From: an uncultured archaeon
GTDB lineage: Archaea > Iainarchaeota > Iainarchaeia > Iainarchaeales > DATDZZ01
Assembly: GCA_964373795.1 (NCBI GenBank)
Contig: CAYJVY010000001.1
Span: 101,537 to 133,536, forward strand
DNA: 32,000 bases
Reading direction: 5' to 3'
Both the position numbers and the translations under genes were made by a program. The first letter of the stretch is position 1. Every line of letters begins with the position of its first letter. Below, one piece after another: positions 25,663 through 32,000 of this stretch. Below the pieces are notes generated by a model. The model made no database searches. It was not told the origin of the DNA and saw only the letters and a list, made by a program, of their open reading frames with translations.

Positions 25663-25935
25663 ATGCAAAAGACTGTAATGGACATATTTGGATCCCAAGT
25701 AGATGACTCTATTAGGCTTAGGTTATTAGCTGAAGAGCAAAAGCTTAGAAAAAAACAGCCAGAGCCTTGGACTAAAACAAAATACAGAGCTTACGCTAAC
25801 TTTAAGGCAAAAAAGAAAACCGAGGAATTAATTAGCGAAATAACTAAAATAGATCAAACACTAAAGACGGCTTCAATTAAAGCAACAGTAAAACCGATTA
25901 AAACAGTTAAAAGAATTATTAAAAAGAAGAACTAA
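25663..25935 (+). CDS. hypothetical lysine-rich small protein
   Basis: 90-aa ORF with a GGAGGATGG ribosome-binding region upstream. No motif recognised. Confidence 0.45.
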   Translation: MQKTVMDIFGSQVDDSIRLRLLAEEQKLRKKQPEPWTKTKYRAYANFKAKKKTEELISEITKIDQTLKTASIKATVKPIKTVKRIIKKKN

Positions 25936-26035
25936 ATTTCTTCTTTCTTTTACTTTTTAGATTATTTTTCACTTTTCCTAAATATAAGAAGAATTAAATA
26001 TTTCCTTAATTCTATAATTCTTTTAAAGTGAGAAA

Positions 26036-26761
26036 ATGACTTTAATTAATTCAAGTATAACACAAGAACCAATTGATTTAGTTGAATTAATTAATCAACC
26101 CACTTGGAAAACAATTTTATTAGACTTAGTTAAATCAGAGAAAATGGATCCATGGCAAATAGATGTATCTATTTTAGCAGATAAATATCTTGAAAAAATT
26201 AATTTACTTGATTACAGTAATTTAAGAGTTCCAGCAAATGCTATTTTATGTTCAGCTATTTTATTGAAACACAAGTCAAAGGCTTTAAAGGTTCCAAGCT
26301 TGGAAGAATTTGATGAAATTGAAGAACTTCAATTAACTGAAGAACAAATTCGTGAAAGAGAACGCTTGTTTTTAACTGAAGGAATTCCTCACCTAATTGC
26401 TCCGCGTTTAATTCGAGGCGGAAAGGTTTCATTAGATGACTTAGTTAATTCAATTGAAGAAATTTTAAACAAAAATAAACGCAAATATTTTTTAGAAAAA
26501 AATAGAAGAGACTTAAAGTTTCAAATTCCTTTACCAGAAAAAAAAATTGATGAAAAAATGTCAGAAGTATTAATGAAATTAAACTCCATAGCTGACGAAG
26601 AAAACCTAGTATTATTTTCTCGCTTAGTTAGTGAATTAAATTCAATTAATTTAATTCACACATTCATAGCCCTGCTTTTTCTACATAACTCTAGAAAAGT
26701 TTTTTTATTTCAAGAAGAATTTTTTGGAGAAATATTTATTTCTTTAAATGCTTCTCCCTAA
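26036..26761 (+). CDS. scpA: segregation and condensation protein A (kleisin)
   Basis: The N-terminal LLDLVKSEKMDPWQIDVSILADKYLEKI matches the ScpA signature. The length also fits. Confidence 0.75.
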   Translation: MTLINSSITQEPIDLVELINQPTWKTILLDLVKSEKMDPWQIDVSILADKYLEKINLLDYSNLRVPANAILCSAILLKHKSKALKVPSLEEFDEIEELQLTEEQIRERERLFLTEGIPHLIAPRLIRGGKVSLDDLVNSIEEILNKNKRKYFLEKNRRDLKFQIPLPEKKIDEKMSEVLMKLNSIADEENLVLFSRLVSELNSINLIHTFIALLFLHNSRKVFLFQEEFFGEIFISLNASP

Positions 26762-26837
26762 TTTTTTTAAAACAGGCTTTCAATAACTTTAAATTCCAGA
26801 TTAACCATTACTCTTTTATCGAATGGCTAGTGATTAA

Positions 26838-27557
26838 ATGAGGCTTGTATTTGTTATTGGTTTACCTGGAACAGGTAAAACAACTGTTGGAAGAAAGCTT
26901 GCAAAACAATACAAATTACCTTTTGTTTCTGCTGGAGAGTGGATTAGAAGAGAAATGCGTAGAGAGACTGCTCTTGGAAGGAGAATGAAAAAAGCTCATG
27001 ATACAGGTAGATTGAATGATTTAGGTGATTTAAAAGAATTATTTATTTCAAAAATTTTTACTAATTTGAAAGGATCGAAAAAAATTCGACCCGAGTTCAG
27101 TAATGGATTTGTTTTAGAGGGTTTTCCTAGAAGCCTTGCAGGCCTTGAACTGCTTGAATCAATTTTTGGAAAACAATTAATTAGTATGGCAGAATTTTAT
27201 CATTTATTTACTCCAGTTAGAACAGCTGTTGAAAGAATGTTGTTTGAAAGAAAACGCGCAGACGATGTTCCAGAAGTTGTTGCAAGAAAAATAGCTATTT
27301 TTAAAGAAAGAACTTTTCCACTAGTTTTAGAGTTAAAACATAGAGGGCAATTAATTAGAGTGAAAACAGTTCATGCCGATCGTAGAAGTAAGCCAGGTAC
27401 TAGGTCCGTGGGAAGAGAAACAGCTGTAGAAAGGACTTTAGAATTAACTCAAGTAAACCTTAAAAAAATGAGGGCAAAAAAATTGCGAAAGCAAGAAATG
27501 AAAAGAGTAAAAAAACCAAATAAAGTTCAGCTGCCTAAACGAAGACCTAGAGCTTAA
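26838..27557 (+). CDS. adk: adenylate kinase (short-LID type) with a ~60-aa Arg/Lys-rich C-terminal extension
   Basis: P-loop GLPGTGKTT, then SAGEWIRRE, LEGFPRS and KRADDVPEVVARKIAIFKERT. The tail is RRSKPGTRSVGRE...KKMRAKKLRKQEMKRVKKPNKVQLPKRRPRA. Confidence 0.8.
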   Translation: MRLVFVIGLPGTGKTTVGRKLAKQYKLPFVSAGEWIRREMRRETALGRRMKKAHDTGRLNDLGDLKELFISKIFTNLKGSKKIRPEFSNGFVLEGFPRSLAGLELLESIFGKQLISMAEFYHLFTPVRTAVERMLFERKRADDVPEVVARKIAIFKERTFPLVLELKHRGQLIRVKTVHADRRSKPGTRSVGRETAVERTLELTQVNLKKMRAKKLRKQEMKRVKKPNKVQLPKRRPRA

Positions 27558-27946
27558 TCTTTTTTAATTAAGTTTTTGTATTTTTGAAATACTTGTTCTA
27601 CTTGTGCATGAGTTACATGGTTTTTGTGATGTCTAAATCCTCCTCCAAATCCTTGAGGAATATGCATTAATTCATGAATCAATGTTTTGATTTTTTCATC
27701 CTCGTTTTGCAAATCAAATTGTTCGGAAATTAATTCAATTGAATAAAACGGTTTTAACTGCATTCCTAGTTGCATTACTTTTTGCAGGGAATGAATTCTT
27801 GCAATTGTTCTCCTAGTCTTAGTTCCACTTGACTTAATACATGCAATTCTCTTAATTTGAATATGCTGAAAACCCAATGCTTCAATCAAGTTTCTGGTTT
27901 TCAAAGTCCATTCACTTGAATACTCGTATTTCATTTCATTCCCCAA
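27554..27946 (-). CDS. predicted zinc metallopeptidase (HExxH; SprT/COG4900-like)
   Basis: LIHELMHIPQGFGGGFRHH contains HELMH. It is preceded by the TRRTIARIHSL...FYSIEL pattern seen in small archaeal predicted metallopeptidases. Confidence 0.65.
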   Translation of the reverse strand: MGNEMKYEYSSEWTLKTRNLIEALGFQHIQIKRIACIKSSGTKTRRTIARIHSLQKVMQLGMQLKPFYSIELISEQFDLQNEDEKIKTLIHELMHIPQGFGGGFRHHKNHVTHAQVEQVFQKYKNLIKKD

Positions 27947-28301
27947 AAAATTTTTCCTTCACAGTTAACTCTATATCTCCGTAAACCTTGTATTTTCTCC
28001 AATTCCTTCCTTCACTAATTAATTTTTTTTTCAATTCAAGTTTTAATTCTTTAAATATTTTTCCTAAAGGTTTTCTTCCATGCAAAACCTCTTTCAAAAA
28101 CTTTTCAGGGTTTTTTAAAGGAATTTCTACAACCGATTTTTCAACTCTTTTTCCATTTAATTTGAATTCAATTACTCTTCTAATTTTTAACTTGTTTTTT
28201 GTTTGACTTAAAACTTTAAAGCTTCCGCCTTTTCTTGAAATAAATTCAGTTGTTGAACCCTCGGCTGTTCCCAGAAATTTTTCAAACCATTTTTGTTTCA
28301 T
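27936..28301 (-). CDS. hypothetical protein, co-transcribed with the metallopeptidase (11-nt overlap)
   Basis: 121-aa K-rich ORF. Its end overlaps the start of the downstream gene. Confidence 0.5.
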   Translation of the reverse strand: MKQKWFEKFLGTAEGSTTEFISRKGGSFKVLSQTKNKLKIRRVIEFKLNGKRVEKSVVEIPLKNPEKFLKEVLHGRKPLGKIFKELKLELKKKLISEGRNWRKYKVYGDIELTVKEKFFGE

Positions 28302-28362
28302 TCTGTATTCAATAAAATGTTTGTTCTAATGCAATTTAAATTTATTGCTAAATAATTTTTTT

Positions 28363-29451
28363 ATGAGTCAAAGAATTATTCTTTGCATGGATTTGGATTA
28401 CTTTTTTGCTCAAATAGAAGAAATTCGAAAACCTGAATTAAAAGGCAAACCAATAGTTGTATGCGTTTATTCAGGCAGATCGCAAGACTCTGGAGCTGTT
28501 TCAACTTCAAATTATTTAGCTCGCGCTCTAGGAATTAAATCTAGCATGCCAATTGCTTTTGCAAAAAAGAAAGCTTCAAGTGAAACAATTTTTCTTCCAG
28601 TTGACATGAATTATTATTCTCAAGTTTCAGACAGAATAATGTCCTTGCTTTCAAGCTTTTCACCAGTATTAGAACAAGCATCAATTGATGAAGCATATTT
28701 AGATGTAACTCAACAAACACAAGGAGATTTTAATAAAGCAAAAAGCTTGGCTGAAAAAATTAAATTAGCTTTGCTTGAACAAGAAAACCTTACTTGTTCA
28801 ATAGGCGTTGGCTCGAATAAATTAATTGCTAAAATGGCTTCAACTGCAAAAAAACCAAATGGTTTGACTGTAATCCTTCCTTCAAAGGTTAAAGAATTTT
28901 TAAATCCTTTAAAGGTTGAAAAACTCTTCGGAGTAGGAAAGAAAACAACTGAAGTCTTACTTGAAAATAAAATTGAATCAATTGAACAATTAAGTAAAAC
29001 AAGTGTTCAACTATTAATTGACTTATTTGGAGAAAAAAGAGGAAAACAATTACATGAAAGGGCCAATGGAATAGACTTTTCTGAAGTTGAGGTCAATTCG
29101 GAGCAACAACAATTTTCCAGAATTGGCACTTTAAAACAAGACTCAAAAGACTTTGACTTTGTTTTGAGTTTCTCCGACTTTTTATGTGAAGAATTATTTA
29201 GAAAAATATCTGAAGAAAAAATTTTTTTCAAAACTGTTTCAATTATTGCAATAACAAATAAATTGGAAACCCACACTAAATCTAAAACTCTTTCCAAGCC
29301 CTCAAACAAGTTAAATGATTTAAAAGAAGCCTGTAAAGAATTGTTAAAAAATTTCTTGAATGAAAATTCTTCCTTTTTTTTGAGAAGATTTGGAGTTCGC
29401 GTTTCAAATTTTTCTGCAGAAGAAAAGCAGAAAAATTTGTTTGAGTTTTGA
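28363..29451 (+). CDS. dinB: Y-family DNA polymerase IV (Dpo4/Dbh-like)
   Basis: Motifs ILCMDLDYFFAQIEE, SIDEAYLDVT, SIGVGSNKLIAKMAS and FGVGKKT. ATG 28363 is preferred over TTG 28345. Confidence 0.9.
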   Translation: MSQRIILCMDLDYFFAQIEEIRKPELKGKPIVVCVYSGRSQDSGAVSTSNYLARALGIKSSMPIAFAKKKASSETIFLPVDMNYYSQVSDRIMSLLSSFSPVLEQASIDEAYLDVTQQTQGDFNKAKSLAEKIKLALLEQENLTCSIGVGSNKLIAKMASTAKKPNGLTVILPSKVKEFLNPLKVEKLFGVGKKTTEVLLENKIESIEQLSKTSVQLLIDLFGEKRGKQLHERANGIDFSEVEVNSEQQQFSRIGTLKQDSKDFDFVLSFSDFLCEELFRKISEEKIFFKTVSIIAITNKLETHTKSKTLSKPSNKLNDLKEACKELLKNFLNENSSFFLRRFGVRVSNFSAEEKQKNLFEF

Positions 29452-29500
29452 TTTGCAATTCTAGTTTGTTTTTTTAATACTGTTTGTGTAAAAATATTGT

Positions 29501-30154
29501 ATGAATGAATTAAAGCGAATAGAGAAATACATAAAAAAATATTCTCTTGGATTAATTGAAAGAAAAACCTCTTTAAAGCACTATAATGAATTGCTTGAAA
29601 AAATTGAGGAAGGCCTTTCATTTGAGTCACTGATTTCAGATTTTTTGGAAAAAAAACCGCTTGTTAGAGTGTTTGAAATTGGTTGTGGAGAAGCTCAAGC
29701 TTTAAAGGAATTAAAAGTAATTTTTAAAAACAAAGTTTTTGTTTCAGGAATTGATTTACTTGAAACGGATTTTCAGAACTTGGATGAATTAATTATTGGC
29801 GATGTATTAGAGCAAGTTTTTCCTCAAAACTGTGACATAATTTTTTCATTTAAATCTTTGCACGAAATCGGTTCAACTAAACAACTAATTGAAAAAATTG
29901 AATCCTCTTTAACAAATGGAGGAGTAGCAATTCTTTCCATTCGCGTACAAGAATTCAAGCAAGGCGAATTAGTTTTCCTTGGAGAGTTAACTCAAGAAGA
30001 CTTGGATTTTTTGAATTCAATTCTGCAAGCAGAAAAATTTAAGTCTTGCCTAGTTTCTGGAAGCAAGGTTTTCTTAGAATATAATGGAGTTCAATTTCTT
30101 GCAGGCATTAATTTAATTTTAATGAAGCAAGTGCAGTTCAGCCGGCGAGGCTGA
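29501..30154 (+). CDS. class I SAM-dependent methyltransferase; its 3' end runs into the GC-rich insertion and stops at TGA 30152-30154
   Basis: Motif I is VFEIGCGEAQAL, with later DIIFSFKSLHE and GGVAILS motifs. The last 5 codons (FSRRG) are encoded by the GC-rich element. Confidence 0.8.
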   Translation: MNELKRIEKYIKKYSLGLIERKTSLKHYNELLEKIEEGLSFESLISDFLEKKPLVRVFEIGCGEAQALKELKVIFKNKVFVSGIDLLETDFQNLDELIIGDVLEQVFPQNCDIIFSFKSLHEIGSTKQLIEKIESSLTNGGVAILSIRVQEFKQGELVFLGELTQEDLDFLNSILQAEKFKSCLVSGSKVFLEYNGVQFLAGINLILMKQVQFSRRG

Positions 30155-30375
30155 GTGCCCACGTGGGCATCGCGCTTGCCGCGCGAGACGGCAGCTGAAG
30201 GGTCACGTGACCCCTCGTGCTCGACGCACGAGACGTCGCAGCCGGCGAGGCTGAAGCTAAAGCCAATGAAGCTGAGCCAAGTGGTGGGTGTGAGTCAACA
30301 GTCAGCGGAGCTGAGGCAGGCGGCGAACATGAAGCCAGTGAGGTTGACTCGTGTTCATTGTGTGCAACCGCAGTT
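30139..30375. mobile_element. GC-rich island B: a 237-nt insertion bounded by direct repeats (MITE/REP-like element, foreign fragment or structured RNA; nature unknown)
   Basis: About 63% G+C by hand count over 30141-30380, against about 21% in 30421-30500. GCAGTT occurs at 30133-30138 and 30370-30375. The full GCAGTTGAGTGCC at 30370-30382 reappears at the left end, split by a 14-nt insert. CAGCCGGCGAGGCTGA occurs at 30139-30154 and 30239-30254. Confidence 0.55.
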
Positions 30376-30442
30376 GAGTGCCTTCGAATCATTTTGGTTA
30401 GTCGCGTTATTTTCTGAGTTAATCTCCATTAAAATGAAATAA
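30376..30442 (+). pseudogene. displaced AT-rich 3' tail of the methyltransferase ORF (..LSAFESFWLVALFSELISIKMK*), still in frame
   Basis: ORF 30155-30442 is in the same frame as 29501-30154 and is separated only by the TGA. Deleting 30139-30375 joins GTG CAG TT|G AGT GCC TTC... seamlessly. Confidence 0.5.
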
Positions 30443-30499
30443 CTTCATAATCCCTTTCTTTTAGTATCAAAAGGTTTATTAACACTAAAATAAAGAATA

Positions 30500-31435
30500 A
30501 TGTTGGATTTGACTATTATGTGTTTTAAGGCAAAGATATTATTTGTTTTATTTTTAATATTGTTTTGTAATACTTTTTTTGCAGAACCTACAAAGGTAAA
30601 AGTTGGAAGCTATATTTTGAATGTTGGAAATTTTGATCCTGCTTTAGGAACTTATGATTTGTCCTTCTATGTTTGGGTCAAATGGGATAAGGACATTAAT
30701 GGCTTTACTGCTGAAAATTTTGAATTAATGAATGCAAAAAATATGTCGCTTGAACTAATTGAAGAACTTCCCGGCTACAAATTTTATAGTGGTCAGGGGA
30801 CTTTTTTCCAAAAAATTGATATGGCAAATTTTCCTTTTGATTCGCATGAAATTTCACTTGAATTAGAAGACAAATTATATGATGTAACCAAGTTAGTTTA
30901 TGTTCCTGACACTAATTGGCTTTCCTCAGAGAACCCAGATATTGCAGTACTTGGATGGAAAAATAATGGCGCAAAAATAGAGTTTGTTGAAAGATATTAT
31001 GACACTTGGAACACTACATATTCAAGGTATATTCACAAAATCAATGTCTCAAGGCCTTTAATTGATTCACTAAAAGTTTTTCTGCCAATAATTTTTCTTT
31101 CATTGTTGGGATTTTTTACATTTCTTATAAACATTCGAAAATTTTCAGAAAGACTTTCAATGTCAGTTTTTACTTTCATGGCTGCTATTGCCTATCAAAT
31201 ACAAGTGAATGTAACAATTCCTCCATTGGGGTTTTTCACGATTGCAGACAAGGCAATGATTGCAATTTATGCAGGCCTTTTGTTTGCAACGATTTACACA
31301 ATTTATATACAATGGTATGAGGAGAAAAACAAAGAGGCAGTCGCTAGTAGGACAAACAAATTCGTGATATCATTTTATTTCATTTTCCAGCTGTTAGTAT
31401 TCTTAGTAATATTTGTTTTGGATTATCTATTTTGA
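30500..31435 (+). CDS. pentameric ligand-gated ion channel (Cys-loop receptor superfamily) homologue, prokaryotic type
   Basis: Signal peptide, then a ~190-aa beta-rich domain starting VKVGSYILNVGNFDPALGTYDLSFYVWVKWDKD. Carries the FPFDSHEISLELE loop motif, followed by four TM helices: FLPIIFLSLLGFF, ERLSMSVFTFMAAIAYQIQV, IADKAMIAIYAGLLFATIYTIYI and a C-terminal M4. Confidence 0.8.
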   Translation: MLDLTIMCFKAKILFVLFLILFCNTFFAEPTKVKVGSYILNVGNFDPALGTYDLSFYVWVKWDKDINGFTAENFELMNAKNMSLELIEELPGYKFYSGQGTFFQKIDMANFPFDSHEISLELEDKLYDVTKLVYVPDTNWLSSENPDIAVLGWKNNGAKIEFVERYYDTWNTTYSRYIHKINVSRPLIDSLKVFLPIIFLSLLGFFTFLINIRKFSERLSMSVFTFMAAIAYQIQVNVTIPPLGFFTIADKAMIAIYAGLLFATIYTIYIQWYEEKNKEAVASRTNKFVISFYFIFQLLVFLVIFVLDYLF

Positions 31436-31613
31436 GTAAACAAAAGGATTGCTTTGCTTGTAGCATAAGGCGTTTCGAGAATTGTATCAGAGTTTATTTA
31501 AAAGCTTTTAATTGCATTATTTCTGTGTTAGAAATTGAAAAACTGAACACAAAGCTTTTTATATTAAAATGAATACATGTTATGTAATTCATATGTTTTT
31601 TTGGTGAAATGAA

Positions 31614-32000
31614 TTGAAGATTGTTACTTTAAATCCGCCTTTTTTTGAAAAGTTTTCCAAGGATTCTAGGAGTCCAGGTGTATCAAAAGGAGGCTGTGTT
31701 TATTATCCTATTTGGCTTGGATATTGCACTGGATTACTTGAAAAGCAAGGACATGAAGTGAAATTAATTGATTCCCCTGCTGAAGGAATGAATTTAGAAA
31801 AATGTTTGCAAATTGTTAAAGAATTTAATCCTAGAATGATTGTAGTGCAAACAGTTACTGCAAGTTTTAATAATGACATAATGGTTGTAGAAGAATTAAA
31901 GAAAATCTTGCCAAATGTTTTCATTGCATTAGTTGGAGATCATACTAGTGCAGTGCCAATTGAGTCTCTTAAAGCAAGTAAATTTGTTGACTGTGTAACA
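31614..32000 (+). CDS. B12-binding-domain radical SAM protein, 3'-truncated by the window edge (not in the ORF track)
   Basis: Hand translation from TTG 31614 (GGTGA 7 nt upstream) is open to nt 32000. It reads LKIVTLNPPFF...YPIWLGYCTGLLEKQGHEVKLIDSPAEG...PRMIVVQTVTASF...IALVGDHTSAVP. This matches the N-terminal cobalamin-binding domain pattern of class B radical SAM enzymes. Confidence 0.7.
   Translation, partial: MKIVTLNPPFFEKFSKDSRSPGVSKGGCVYYPIWLGYCTGLLEKQGHEVKLIDSPAEGMNLEKCLQIVKEFNPRMIVVQTVTASFNNDIMVVEELKKILPNVFIALVGDHTSAVPIESLKASKFVDCVT

Noticed and set aside
29007-29630. 207-aa minus-strand ORF spanning the dinB 3' half and the methyltransferase 5' end.
   Set aside because: It is antisense to two genes with clear catalytic motifs and has a low-complexity F/S/K/N-rich translation, so it is a shadow ORF.
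30152-30154. Programmed UGA read-through, selenocysteine or reassigned UGA joining the methyltransferase to ORF 30155-30442.
   Set aside because: TGA clearly terminates well-defined genes here: thiolase at 8150-8152, histidine phosphatase at 16889-16891 and the first ORF at 420-422. I see no SECIS-like evidence that I can support. The read-through product would insert 79 alien residues into the enzyme.
30133-30382. Archaeal bulge-helix-bulge (BHB) intron in an mRNA as the explanation for island B.
   Set aside because: The boundary sequences are direct repeats (GCAGTT...GAGTGCC), not complementary segments able to form the helix-bulge-helix. I could not draw the two 3-nt bulges. RNA-level excision is still worth an RT-PCR test.
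30139-30400. SRP RNA, RNase P RNA or a tRNA hidden in the GC-rich island, including the T-loop-like CCTTCGAATC at 30381-30390.
   Set aside because: I found no GGAA/AGCA helix-8-type SRP motif and no GAGGAAAGUCC- or ACAGAA-type RNase P conserved regions. The TTCGAAT segment lacks a complementary T-stem or acceptor stem.
30138-30417. ORFs inside GC island B (30138-30392 minus, 84 aa; 30217-30417 plus, 66 aa). This includes the idea that the Cys/Ser/Thr-rich 66-aa product (..DSCSLCATAVEC..) is a RiPP precursor for the nearby B12-radical SAM enzyme.
   Set aside because: Long open frames on both strands are expected by chance in GC-rich DNA that lacks stop codons. There is no ribosome-binding site and codon usage is alien to the host. 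The radical SAM gene is separated from it by an unrelated channel gene. It is kept only as a remote alternative.

Overview
This is an AT-rich window (roughly 30-35% G+C by eye), tightly packed and almost entirely protein-coding. It carries archaeal hallmarks: an HMG-CoA synthase/thiolase/DUF35 trio, a DtdA-type D-aminoacyl-tRNA deacylase, a TrmB-family regulator, a Dpo4/Dbh-like Y-family polymerase, and GGTGA-type ribosome-binding sites. I infer a small-genome, possibly DPANN-like, archaeon but cannot prove it from this window.

The dominant feature (419-21891) is a near-complete acetyl-CoA to IPP/DMAPP to polyprenyl-PP gene supercluster of mosaic type. It contains a polyprenyl synthase, class II HMG-CoA reductase, archaeal-type HMGCS+thiolase+DUF35, mevalonate kinase, an MDD-family decarboxylase, a GHMP/ERG8-type phosphomevalonate kinase and type 2 IPP isomerase. 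Interspersed are pyruvate phosphate dikinase, four phosphohydrolase-type genes (HAD-IIA, acylphosphatase fusion, histidine phosphatase, IDI-like Nudix), an ABC importer with a TrmB regulator, a Ca2+/cation antiporter and three orphan genes.

The right third holds housekeeping and orphan genes: DtdA, ScpA, an adenylate kinase with a basic tail, an HExxH metallopeptidase next to a Y-family polymerase, and a SAM methyltransferase.

Two short GC-rich islands stand out at 25089-25185 and 30139-30375. The second is a 237-nt insertion flanked by direct repeats that keeps the reading frame. It splits the methyltransferase ORF with a single TGA and leaves an AT-rich in-frame tail.

Downstream lie a prokaryotic pentameric ligand-gated ion channel homologue and a 3'-truncated B12-binding radical SAM gene that is absent from the ORF track. 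I recognised no rRNA, tRNA, CRISPR array or transposase.
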